From positions 120,001 through 152,000 of the forward strand of contig NZ_CP065936.1 of NCBI RefSeq assembly GCF_003367075.2: a DNA stretch of 32,000 nucleotides, read 5' to 3'. The DNA is from Cylindrospermopsis raciborskii Cr2010. Its GTDB lineage: Bacteria > Cyanobacteriota > Cyanobacteriia > Cyanobacteriales > Nostocaceae. Shown here piece by piece: positions 1-9,231 of the stretch. Position numbers and translations under genes: made by a program. A model generated the notes under the pieces. That model had not been told where the DNA came from, searched no databases, and saw only the letters and a program-made list of their open reading frames with translations. How positions within the stretch are numbered: the first letter of the stretch is position 1; every line of letters begins with the position of its first letter.

Positions 1-2
1 CG

Positions 3-3000
3 GTGGCTTTGCAATATCGCATTGGAACAACGGGTAATTTCACGAATATTCCTAGCGGTTATGTTGCTGATGCCAGTTCTGGTCCTAGCTTCGCAAATTT
101 GGTGACACCTGTTAGCGCTATTTTGCCCACAGAAGCAGAAAACCAAGCTCAATTACAGGTAAGGATTATCACCACAAATGCTCTAGGCAACGATGAATGG
201 ATTGGTATTGATAATATAAATATTGTGGGCACGCCACAAACTGCTTCGGCATCGGGAATAACCCTTACCCAGTCGGGCAACTCTACCGATCTAGCTGAAG
301 GTGGTGGGACTGATACTTACTCTGTGGTGCTGAATAGTCAACCCACCGCGAATGTGACAATCGCCATTAATGCAGGTCCACAACTCACTACTAATATTAC
401 CAGTCTCACGTTTACGCCACAAGACTGGAATGTTGCCCAAATTGTCACAGTAGCAGCGATTAATGATGCTACCTTTGAGGGTAATCACACGGGTACATTG
501 ACCCATGCGGTAACAAGTGCGGATACTAATTACAATAGTTTATCTGTTGCCAATGTTACTGCTAATATTACTGATAATGAGGCAGAAACCGCGCCTACGA
601 TTCAGATTCGCATTACTGAATATATGTATTCAGGGGCAAATGGTGAATTTGTTGAATTAACCAATATTGGCAATACAACGGTCGACCTTACGGACTGGAG
701 CTATGACGACAATTCGCGAATTCCCGGTTCCTTCTCATTAAGCGGTTTTGGCACTGTCCAGGCTGGGGAATCGGTAATCTTTACGGAAGCAACTAATACC
801 AGTGACTTCCGCACGGCTTGGGGATTAGCGCCGTCGGTAAAAGTGATTGCAGGTTCCAATCAAGGGTTGGGGCGTGCTGATGAGATCAATATCTACAATC
901 AGAATAATCAACGGGTTGATCGCCTGACCTATGACGATGGCACGATCAGTGGTTCTGTCCGCACCCAAAATGTCAGCGCTTGGACAGGTGTAACAAATTT
1001 GGGGCTGAATGATGCGACCAAGTGGCAACTCTCTACTGTCGCTGATGCTCAAGGTTCGGTGACATCCACAGGCGGAGATATTGGTAATCCTGGACGCTAT
1101 GCAATCGGCACTGTGCCAAGCATCGTCTTGACCCAAACCGGTGGCAACACTAGCATTATGGAAGGTGGCGCAACTGATACCTATACTCTCGCCCTAACTA
1201 CCACCCCAACTGCTCCGGTAAATATCAATGTTACCGTCACCGATGGGCAGACTTTGGTTAGTACGGATGGTGTAAATTTTGCAACCACAGCAATTTTTGC
1301 TTTAACGGATAGCATTGCTAAAACAATTACGGTGCGAGCTGTTGATGACAGCATTTTTGAATTCAAGCCCCATACTGGTGCGATCGCCCATACAGTGACT
1401 AGCAATGATTCTACTTATAACAGTCTTACTATTCCTAACCTCAATATCAGCATTGGGGATAACGATACTGCTCCTAATCTACCCGCAATCAGGATTACGG
1501 AATATCAATACGATGGCAATGGCAGTGAATTTTTTGAGTTGACTAATATTGGGAACACGGCCATCGATTTGACAGGATGGAGCTATGACGATGACTCAAG
1601 AATTGCTGGTACTGTTTCACTTAGTGACTTTGGCATCCTGCAGGCGGGGGAATCGGTCATTATTACGGAAGCTGGAGCGGAGATTTTTCGTGCTGATTGG
1701 GGACTTGCACCAACAGTGAAAATCATCGGTGGCTTAACCGTTAACCTCGGGCGCGAAGATGAAATCAATATCTTCAACAATAATGGAATCCTTGTCGATA
1801 GCTTGATCTATGGTGACAGCACCAGATTCCCCGGTACAGGGCGCACCCAAAATGTCAGCGCTTGGACAGCGGCGGCCAATTTGGGCAAGAACGATATTAC
1901 CCAATGGGCTTTGTCAACGGTTGGCGATGGTCTAAATTCTTATAACTCCCTGAGTGGTGGTACGGGTAACCCCAGTAGTTATAGCAGTGCGTCTGTGCCA
2001 AGTCCCGCAATATTAATAGCGCAGTCAGGTGGCAATACTGCCATTACGGAGGGTGTTTCAACTGATACCTACACAGTGGTACTCAGAAGCCAACCCACCG
2101 CCAATGTTACGGTTGATGTGGTGGCTAGTTCCCAATTGAATGTAACTAATACTTCCCTCACTTTTACCCCTGCCAATTGGAATGTGGCACAAACGGTGAC
2201 AGTGACTGGGGTTGACGATAATTTGTTTGAAGATGCACATACGGGTGCAATCAGCCATAGTGCCACTAGTACGGATACGCGCTACAACCGTATTACTATT
2301 CCCTCGGTGAATGTGAACATTACTGATAATGATGTGGCGGTGGGCGCAGTTCCTTCAATTACCGAAAATACCACTTCACCTTTGATCAGTTTAGCGACCA
2401 CGGGGATAGGCGTATTGAGTGGGGTGATTGGTGATCCCACAGACCCCGCGAGTACCTTGGGCATTGACTTTGCGATCGCTGATGCAGATACGTCTTTAAA
2501 TAATCTTACTGTGACAGTAAGTAGCAGCAATCAAACGGTTGTCACCAATGGCAATTTGGTTTTGAGTGGCACAGACATAACCCGCAACCTCAAGATCACG
2601 CCTACGGGTGTGGGCTTTTCCGATATCACCTTGACAGTCAATGATGGCAATAATGTTGTCACTTACAAAATCAATTACGCGGCTTCCCAAGGTTCTGTTA
2701 GCCCCAATACTACTCGCTTCCATACAGGCACCAGTGATGCTTCCACAGCGATCGCCATTGACGATCAATATATGTTGGTTGGAGATGACGAAGATCAACG
2801 CATTCGCCTCTACGATCGCACTAAATCGGGCGCACCAATTACCAGCTTCGATTTTGGTTCTGTGACGGGATTAACCTCAGAGGTGGATCTGGAAGGTTCG
2901 GTGAAAATTGGCAACAGGATTTACTGGATCGGTTCCCATGGTAATAACTCCAGCAATCAAGATGCTCCCAATCGTGAACGCCTGTTTGCCACCACCATCA

Positions 3001-6000
3001 CAGGTACGGGGGTGAATACCACCCTCACCTTTGCGGGATACTATCAATTTTTAGAAGATGACCTCATCGCTTGGGACAATAGCAATGGTCATGGATTGGG
3101 GGTAGGCTTCCTTGGACTTGGTGCAAGTGCAGCTTCGGGTGTATCTGTAAGCGTTGTCAATGGTTTCAATATCGAAGGTTTGACCACTTCTCCCGATGGC
3201 AATAGCCTATATGTGGCATTCCGCACACCGCTAGAACCCACTGGCGATCGCACCAAAGCCTTAATCGTTCCCGTTACCAACTTGGGCACCATTCTCAATA
3301 CCAATGGCGGTACTACAGGATCCGCCACCTTTGGCGCACCAATTCAGCTAGACCTGGGCGGACGCGGCATTCGCAGCATTGAACGCAACAGCACAGGGCA
3401 GTATGTGATCATTGCAGGAGCTGTGGGCGCATCCACAAATAGCGCTCCCAATGATTTCCGTCTTTACACATGGACAGGCAACCCTACAGACAAACCCCTA
3501 TTGCGAGCCACGGATCTCACGGCCCTGGATAGCAATGGCAGTTTTGAGGGCATTGTCACCGTTCCTGAGAACCTCACTGGTGATAGCAAGATTCAACTAT
3601 TGGTGGATAATGGGGACACCTTTTGGTATGGCAACAGCACTGCTTCCAAGAATTTGAACCAAGACAACTGGCAGAAATTCCGCACTGAAGTGGTGACCTT
3701 GGGACCGATCAAGATCCACCAAATCCAAGGTAACGCTGTCAGTCAAACTTCCGCCGGTGGCCGCGCTGATATTAGTCCACTCAATGGTCAGACAGTAACA
3801 ATCGAAGCAATCGTAGTAGGTGACTTCCAGGCTGGTGATACAGACACTAAGCGGAACTTGAACGGCTTTTACGTTCAGGAAGAAGATGCTGATGGAGATG
3901 GGAATGTACTTACGTCTGAAGGTATTTTTGTATTTGACGGCTCTAATCCTAGTGTAGCAGTCAGTCGGGGAGACAAGGTTAAAATCACAGGAACGATTAG
4001 CGAGTTCTTTGGGGAAACCCAACTTACTCCCACAACAGTTACCATCATCAGTTCTGGCAATACCCTGCCCACAGCGGCAAATATTACCCTACCCACTCCT
4101 ACCACTAGCCTCAGCCAAGGGGGAACGCCTCAGCCAGATTTGGAAGCCTTTGAAGGGATGTTAGTTAAGTTCACGAACACCCTGACGGTGACGGAGATGT
4201 TTAACCTCGATCGCTTTAACGAGATCAAGTTAGCTCAAGGCGATCGCCCCCAACAGTTCACCCAGTTTAATAACCCGGATGTAGCGGGCTATGCAGCACA
4301 CCGGGTGGAGGTTGGTTCCCGCACCATCACTTATGATGATGGGTTAAGTGTTCAAAATGCTCTGATTGGGAATCTGGATGGCTTTGGTCCTATATTTAAC
4401 ACTGCTAGTAATATCCGCATGGGGGATAGAATTACAGATTTATCTGGTGTTCTTAGCTATCAGTGGGCCGGTAATGCTGCCAGTGGTGCAACCTGGCGGG
4501 TAAGATCTACTCAGGATGGTCAGAATAGGTTTACTAAGGTAAATGATCGTCCTGTAACTCCTAAGACAGTGGGTGGTTCTATTAAAGTTACGGGTTTTAA
4601 TGTCCTTAATTACTTCAAAACAATTGATCTGCCTGGTGTGAATACGGTGATTGGTCAAGATCCTCGTGGTGCGGACAGCATGGATGAGTTTAATCGCCAA
4701 ACGGACAAACTAGTTACTGCCCTACTAGCTATCAATGCGGATGTTTTAGGTTTAGCGGAACTGGAAAATGACTTTTTGGCGGGTTCTAGTGGGAATGGGA
4801 TTGAGTACCTCACAAATCAGCTTAATGCAAAAGCTGGCGCTGGAACCTATGCCTGGGTGAATCCAGGAACTCAGTTTGTGGGCAGTGATGCGATCGCGGT
4901 GGGACTGATCTACAAACCTATGGCGGTGAGTCTGTTAGGGGATGTAGCTATTCTGAATAGTTCTGAATTTATGGATCCTAACAACACAGGGCAGGATCGT
5001 AACCGTCCTGCAGTAGCACAAACCTTCCAAGATTTAGCAACTAACGAAAAATTTACGGTAGTAGTAAATCACCTAAAGTCTAAAGGCGCTTCTGAACTAA
5101 CAGACATCAACTCTCCAGACTACGATCAAAACGATGGTCAGGGCTTCTGGAACAATACCCGGACTAAAGCAATCCAGGCGCTAGTGGACTGGCTCAACAC
5201 CAATCCTACCAAGGTGAATGACTCAGATTATCTGCTCCTTGGTGACTTTAACGCCTATGCTCAGGAAGATCCGGTGAAAGTGCTAAAAAATGCTGGCTAT
5301 ATCGACCTGGCCTCCGCATTTCATCAAGGGACTACCGCATCCTACGTGTTTGATGGTCAAACCGGTACTCTGGACTATGCCTTTGCCAGTGCAAGCCTAG
5401 CACAGCAGGTAACAGGAGCAACAGAGTGGGCGATCAACAGTGATGAGGCCGATGGGATAGACTATAACCTTGACTTCGGAAGAGATGCTGCTATTTTTGA
5501 TGGTACCACCCCTTACCGATCCTCCGATCATGACCCGGTTATTGTGGGACTTAATCTGGTCTCCTCTGTTAACGAACCTCCTCTAATTATCAGTGGAACC
5601 TCTGGCCCAGACAATTTAAAAGCAGGAGTGAACTTTGCTGGTGTAAACCAAATCATATTTACTGGAGCAGGTTCTGATATGGTAGATATTCCCATTGGCG
5701 GAGCCAAGCCCAGTCTAGGTTCCAATAGCATCTTCACTGGCAGTGGTGCAGATACAATCTCTGTGGCTGATGGAGATCGGGCCTTTGGTGGTAGTGGGCA
5801 TGACCAGTTTGATGCCACAGAAGCCACTGGCTACCGGATCTCTGGTGGTGTGGGGAATGACATCTTCTCCCTCGGTGTTAATGGTCGTGCCATCGGTGGT
5901 GATGGTGATGACCGGTTCTTCGTGGGTGAAGGTGGAGGTAATATAATCTCCGGTGGTGCTGGTGCGGATCAGTTTTGGATTCTCACTGATGACCCTACCA

Positions 6001-6200
6001 AATTAAAAGCATCTAACACGATTGTTGACTACACCATCGGTACGGATGTAATAGGCATTGCCAACCAGGTGGCCGACTCTGTGGATGATCTAACCTTGAG
6101 TGGTAGTAATATCAGCGTAAATGGTGTGTTAATTGCCACCCTCAACGGGGTGAACGCTGCAAGTGCAACCTTCGTTTTTGGCAGTCCCTTGGCCAGCTAG
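3..6200 (+). CDS. Large secreted multidomain protein, truncated at the 5' window edge: Calx-beta-like repeats, two lamin-tail (LTD)-like domains, ExeM/NucH-type endonuclease/exonuclease/phosphatase domain, C-terminal RTX-like calcium-binding module
   Basis: 2065-aa ORF opening with a GTG at the window edge, so the true start is probably upstream. Repeated blocks ITEYxYxGxxxEFxELTNIGNTxxDLTxWSYDD (LTD-like) and TDTYxxxLxxxPTAxVxxxV (Calx-beta-like). EEP signatures GSIKVTGFNVLNYF, NADVLGLAELEND, HLKSKG, LLLGDFNAYAQEDP and SSDHDPVIVGL. C-terminal GGxGxD-like repeats. Confidence 0.88.
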   Translation: MALQYRIGTTGNFTNIPSGYVADASSGPSFANLVTPVSAILPTEAENQAQLQVRIITTNALGNDEWIGIDNINIVGTPQTASASGITLTQSGNSTDLAEGGGTDTYSVVLNSQPTANVTIAINAGPQLTTNITSLTFTPQDWNVAQIVTVAAINDATFEGNHTGTLTHAVTSADTNYNSLSVANVTANITDNEAETAPTIQIRITEYMYSGANGEFVELTNIGNTTVDLTDWSYDDNSRIPGSFSLSGFGTVQAGESVIFTEATNTSDFRTAWGLAPSVKVIAGSNQGLGRADEINIYNQNNQRVDRLTYDDGTISGSVRTQNVSAWTGVTNLGLNDATKWQLSTVADAQGSVTSTGGDIGNPGRYAIGTVPSIVLTQTGGNTSIMEGGATDTYTLALTTTPTAPVNINVTVTDGQTLVSTDGVNFATTAIFALTDSIAKTITVRAVDDSIFEFKPHTGAIAHTVTSNDSTYNSLTIPNLNISIGDNDTAPNLPAIRITEYQYDGNGSEFFELTNIGNTAIDLTGWSYDDDSRIAGTVSLSDFGILQAGESVIITEAGAEIFRADWGLAPTVKIIGGLTVNLGREDEINIFNNNGILVDSLIYGDSTRFPGTGRTQNVSAWTAAANLGKNDITQWALSTVGDGLNSYNSLSGGTGNPSSYSSASVPSPAILIAQSGGNTAITEGVSTDTYTVVLRSQPTANVTVDVVASSQLNVTNTSLTFTPANWNVAQTVTVTGVDDNLFEDAHTGAISHSATSTDTRYNRITIPSVNVNITDNDVAVGAVPSITENTTSPLISLATTGIGVLSGVIGDPTDPASTLGIDFAIADADTSLNNLTVTVSSSNQTVVTNGNLVLSGTDITRNLKITPTGVGFSDITLTVNDGNNVVTYKINYAASQGSVSPNTTRFHTGTSDASTAIAIDDQYMLVGDDEDQRIRLYDRTKSGAPITSFDFGSVTGLTSEVDLEGSVKIGNRIYWIGSHGNNSSNQDAPNRERLFATTITGTGVNTTLTFAGYYQFLEDDLIAWDNSNGHGLGVGFLGLGASAASGVSVSVVNGFNIEGLTTSPDGNSLYVAFRTPLEPTGDRTKALIVPVTNLGTILNTNGGTTGSATFGAPIQLDLGGRGIRSIERNSTGQYVIIAGAVGASTNSAPNDFRLYTWTGNPTDKPLLRATDLTALDSNGSFEGIVTVPENLTGDSKIQLLVDNGDTFWYGNSTASKNLNQDNWQKFRTEVVTLGPIKIHQIQGNAVSQTSAGGRADISPLNGQTVTIEAIVVGDFQAGDTDTKRNLNGFYVQEEDADGDGNVLTSEGIFVFDGSNPSVAVSRGDKVKITGTISEFFGETQLTPTTVTIISSGNTLPTAANITLPTPTTSLSQGGTPQPDLEAFEGMLVKFTNTLTVTEMFNLDRFNEIKLAQGDRPQQFTQFNNPDVAGYAAHRVEVGSRTITYDDGLSVQNALIGNLDGFGPIFNTASNIRMGDRITDLSGVLSYQWAGNAASGATWRVRSTQDGQNRFTKVNDRPVTPKTVGGSIKVTGFNVLNYFKTIDLPGVNTVIGQDPRGADSMDEFNRQTDKLVTALLAINADVLGLAELENDFLAGSSGNGIEYLTNQLNAKAGAGTYAWVNPGTQFVGSDAIAVGLIYKPMAVSLLGDVAILNSSEFMDPNNTGQDRNRPAVAQTFQDLATNEKFTVVVNHLKSKGASELTDINSPDYDQNDGQGFWNNTRTKAIQALVDWLNTNPTKVNDSDYLLLGDFNAYAQEDPVKVLKNAGYIDLASAFHQGTTASYVFDGQTGTLDYAFASASLAQQVTGATEWAINSDEADGIDYNLDFGRDAAIFDGTTPYRSSDHDPVIVGLNLVSSVNEPPLIISGTSGPDNLKAGVNFAGVNQIIFTGAGSDMVDIPIGGAKPSLGSNSIFTGSGADTISVADGDRAFGGSGHDQFDATEATGYRISGGVGNDIFSLGVNGRAIGGDGDDRFFVGEGGGNIISGGAGADQFWILTDDPTKLKASNTIVDYTIGTDVIGIANQVADSVDDLTLSGSNISVNGVLIATLNGVNAASATFVFGSPLAS
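5715..6200 (+). repeat. Near-identical C-terminal module DNA, copy A
   Basis: Aligns without indels to 8639-9124 (offset 2924). From about 5828 to 6066 I see only one difference. Confidence 0.85.
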
Positions 6201-6225
6201 TAGAGATTAAATTGGCCTGAGCTTT

Positions 6226-6261
6226 TGTGTTTTTGTGGTGAATTTATACCACAAAGACACA
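6226..6261 (+). terminator. Inverted repeat (14-bp arms, one G.T wobble, 8-nt loop) just after the first secreted-protein gene; possible terminator or processing hairpin
   Basis: TGTGTTTTTGTGGT gaatttat ACCACAAAGACACA, arms 6226-6239 and 6248-6261. No strong U-tract follows. Confidence 0.5.
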
Positions 6262-6278
6262 GATTATTGAAGAAATAC

Positions 6279-6308
6279 TTTAACTTAACCCTAACCATAC
6301 CTTAAACA
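6279..6308 (+). promoter_or_regulatory. Putative cyanobacterial Pho box (PhoB/SphR-type binding site)
   Basis: Three 8-mers in strict 11-bp phase: TTTAACTT (6279-6286), CCTAACCA (6290-6297), CTTAAACA (6301-6308). Against PyTTAAPyPyW they have 0, 1 and 1 mismatches with 3-nt spacers. Located 120-150 nt upstream of the ORF at 6428. Confidence 0.55.
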
Positions 6309-6427
6309 AATTATCTGTATTTATCCTGTAGAGTTACCAAAGAAGTTTTACCCTCTCAGGAATATCTTTAACTAGATCCTGGGAAAACTGAGATTTCACC
6401 GTAGATTCACAGCAAATAAGGAAAGAT

Positions 6428-9124
6428 ATGGCAACTGATATAACAAAAATTCTCATTGGCGAAACCACGGCCCTAATTCCCCAGGCCGGCGCCTCCACTG
6501 CACCTGAACATTTACTCGATGGTGGTAGCGGTGATACTGACTTCCCTTATGGAAAGTTCAAAGCGATGGCAACCGTGGGTGAAATTGATCCCAAAACCGG
6601 GCATGTATTAACAGGTTGGCCCGATGGTCAAGCAGCCTGGCTACTGGATGAAGACACTATCCGCGTTGCCTACCAGTCTGAGTCGTACGCCACCTTCGTC
6701 AAAGAAACCTATGGGTGGAAAATGGATAGTGGTGTGAGCTTTACCGGTTCCCACGTCCACGTCATCGACTACAATCGGGCTGCTTTTGCTGACTTCCTCA
6801 ACAACAACAGTCCCGCCAGCAAGATGTTTGAAGGAGCAGGACATCTATTTAATACCGTATATAACGTTTTTGGTGAAATTGTAGATGGCAAGAATGCTGA
6901 TCCTAAAGATTTGAGTGCAAAGTGGGGCAACCAAACGGGGGCAGATGGAACCCTTTACGAGTTTGACGAAAGATATCGCCTAACTCAAGGTGACTGGTTC
7001 TTCCACTCCTTCTGCGGTGCTTATTACGAGGAAGCGAACAAGTATGGTAACGGTATTGGCTTTGCCGATGATGTGTGGCTGATGGGTGAAGAGTGGAACA
7101 TTGGTCAGATGTATAGCAGTCGTGGTGGAGATAAATTCTTCACTGACAACACCATGGGTTTGGCTTCCATGGTAGTGGATATTGCCAATAAAACTGCTTA
7201 CACTGTCCCAGTTTTAGGACAGTCTGGCTACGAGAAAATACTGCCCATCAACTCCGGTCATAAGGACTATGTTGTTCTGGTTATGTCCGGTTATAACCTG
7301 GAGGTTGAACCCGCGCCTCTGAAGATCTATATTGGCAAGAAGAATGTGGATGCGGCGGGCAAGGCGATGAATTACAACACAGCTTCTGCTCGCGACGCCT
7401 TTCTGGGTCGCAATGGTTTACTCTTCGGTCAGCTCTATGGTATGGCTGCCACCAATGATACCTATGCAGACCTGGGCATTGCCAACGTAGACGCGGATAC
7501 TGAAATGCTGAATGCCTACACCGCTGATGCAGATGCTCCTGATACTTTCAAAGTGCGTTACTACCCCACGAAATATCGCTGGGATGGCTTCGACACCCCT
7601 GAAAATGCTGGTAAAACAGAGGTCTACCGGTGGCTGCAAGATGGTGACACTGTAGGTGGTGTGAAGGAAGCAAATGAGCAACCAGAAGGTTATACCTTCT
7701 TCAATGGTGACAGCAAAGTTGAGCACCCAGCAGTAGATCCAGATATCACCCAGTCTCGCTACGTGATCAACCTAACGGATGCCCGTTCTATTTTGGGTAT
7801 TGACTTTAACAACATCGTTACTGATCTGACCAACGATGCTGACGGTAACGGCTTACCGGATTACCTGTCCGCAGATGTAACTCGAGTCCTGGCAGGTGTG
7901 GATGGTGCTCTCGTCTTAGAAACCAATGGTAAAGGGGCAGCTCCTACGGGTCCAAACAACCCCGCTAGCTCTTTAACCCATGCAATTCATGTGGAACAGG
8001 GCAAGGCCTACGCAGATCAACCTGATGGTCTCCAGTGGGTCAAAACTTCTGATGGTGACTACCTCATCCTAGATGAAGATTCGGGTAACGATTACGGCGA
8101 GCGGAAGTACGTTCTGCCCATTGATTCCGAGACGTTACAATTGACAGATCCTGGTACAGGTTACTTCCTGGCTTCCGCTGGCGGTTCTCTTAACCCCCGT
8201 GCTAAGGACAAGGTTGCTGCCATCCCTGGCACCTTCTCAAGAGCTACAGGCGCTGAGTTTTCCGGTACTTGGAATGTCACCCACTTAGTAGCCAAGAAGG
8301 AAGACGGCAGTTTCTACACCCAGGAAGAACTTGATGGAACTGGTGCTCAAAGAATCATTGGTAGTTTGCCATTGGAAGAGCAGACCTTTATCGGTGTGGT
8401 GCAGCAAGGTGGGGAATCGGGCGGCATTCTGGCAGAACGCAAAGCAGACCAAGGTGGTCAAATTTTCATGTTCAACATTACGGAACCCCTTGAGTTCGTC
8501 AAGCCCCTGATTACTGGCACTCCCAATGCTGACACAATCCAAGCTGGGGTTGGGGAATTTACCGGAGTCAATAGTCTGGTGTTTACAGGTGCTGGCAAGG
8601 ATGAAGTGGATATCCCCATAGGGGGAGCTAAACTCTACCTAGGTTCCAATAGCATTTTCACTGGCAGTGGTGCGGATACAATCTCTGTGGCTGATGAAGA
8701 CCGGGCCTTTGGTGGTAGTGGGGATGACGAGTTTGATGCTACAGAAGCCACTGGCTACCGGATCTCTGGTGGTGTGGGGAATGACATCTTCTACCTCGGT
8801 GTTAATGGTCGTGCCATCGGTGGTGATGGTGATGACCGGTTCTTCGTGGGTGAAGGTGGAGGTAATATAATCTCCGGTGGTGCTGGTGCGGATCAGTTTT
8901 GGATTCTCACTGATGACCCTACCAAATTAAAAGCATCTAACACGATTGTTGACTACACCATCGGTACGGATGTAATAGGCATTGCCAACCAGGTGGCCGA
9001 CTCCGTGGATGACCTGACCTTGAGTGGTAGTAATATCAGCTTAAATGGTGTGTTAATTGCTACCCTTAACGGGGTGAATGCTGCAAGTGCAACCTTCGTT
9101 TTTGGCAATCCTTTGGCCAGCTAG
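6428..9124 (+). CDS. Secreted RTX-type protein with an uncharacterised N-terminal domain (possible distant phosphatase-like beta-propeller) and C-terminal calcium-binding module
   Basis: 898-aa ORF. About 690 N-terminal residues contain FTGSHVHVIDYNR, FFHSFCGAYYEE, DDVWLMGEEWN, VYRWLQDGD and DGLQWVKTSDGDYLILDED. The last ~200 aa nearly match the C-termini of both neighbouring genes. Confidence 0.8.
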   Translation: MATDITKILIGETTALIPQAGASTAPEHLLDGGSGDTDFPYGKFKAMATVGEIDPKTGHVLTGWPDGQAAWLLDEDTIRVAYQSESYATFVKETYGWKMDSGVSFTGSHVHVIDYNRAAFADFLNNNSPASKMFEGAGHLFNTVYNVFGEIVDGKNADPKDLSAKWGNQTGADGTLYEFDERYRLTQGDWFFHSFCGAYYEEANKYGNGIGFADDVWLMGEEWNIGQMYSSRGGDKFFTDNTMGLASMVVDIANKTAYTVPVLGQSGYEKILPINSGHKDYVVLVMSGYNLEVEPAPLKIYIGKKNVDAAGKAMNYNTASARDAFLGRNGLLFGQLYGMAATNDTYADLGIANVDADTEMLNAYTADADAPDTFKVRYYPTKYRWDGFDTPENAGKTEVYRWLQDGDTVGGVKEANEQPEGYTFFNGDSKVEHPAVDPDITQSRYVINLTDARSILGIDFNNIVTDLTNDADGNGLPDYLSADVTRVLAGVDGALVLETNGKGAAPTGPNNPASSLTHAIHVEQGKAYADQPDGLQWVKTSDGDYLILDEDSGNDYGERKYVLPIDSETLQLTDPGTGYFLASAGGSLNPRAKDKVAAIPGTFSRATGAEFSGTWNVTHLVAKKEDGSFYTQEELDGTGAQRIIGSLPLEEQTFIGVVQQGGESGGILAERKADQGGQIFMFNITEPLEFVKPLITGTPNADTIQAGVGEFTGVNSLVFTGAGKDEVDIPIGGAKLYLGSNSIFTGSGADTISVADEDRAFGGSGDDEFDATEATGYRISGGVGNDIFYLGVNGRAIGGDGDDRFFVGEGGGNIISGGAGADQFWILTDDPTKLKASNTIVDYTIGTDVIGIANQVADSVDDLTLSGSNISLNGVLIATLNGVNAASATFVFGNPLAS
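8639..9124 (+). repeat. Near-identical C-terminal module DNA, copy B
   Basis: Aligns to 5715-6200 (offset 2924). Its distal ~375 bp aligns to 11241-11616 (offset 2492). Confidence 0.85.
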
Positions 9125-9149
9125 TAGGGATTAAATTGGTCTAAGCTTT

Positions 9150-9185
9150 TGTGTCTTTGTGGTGAATTTATACCATGGAGACACA
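9150..9185 (+). repeat. Second copy of the post-gene inverted repeat, right arm diverged
   Basis: TGTGTCTTTGTGGT gaatttat ACCATGGAGACACA. Same position relative to the stop codon as 6226-6261; three right-arm bases changed. Confidence 0.5.
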
Positions 9186-9231
9186 GATTACTTGTGAAAT
9201 ACTTTAACTTAATTAACCTATTCTTAAATTC

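Noticed and set aside
5743-8870. Alternate-frame ORFs 5743..5946 and 8667..8870 with near-identical proteins (MVxIQSLWLMxxGPLVVVGMTSLM...)
   Set aside because: The similarity comes from duplicated module DNA read in the +1 frame inside clear RTX coding regions.
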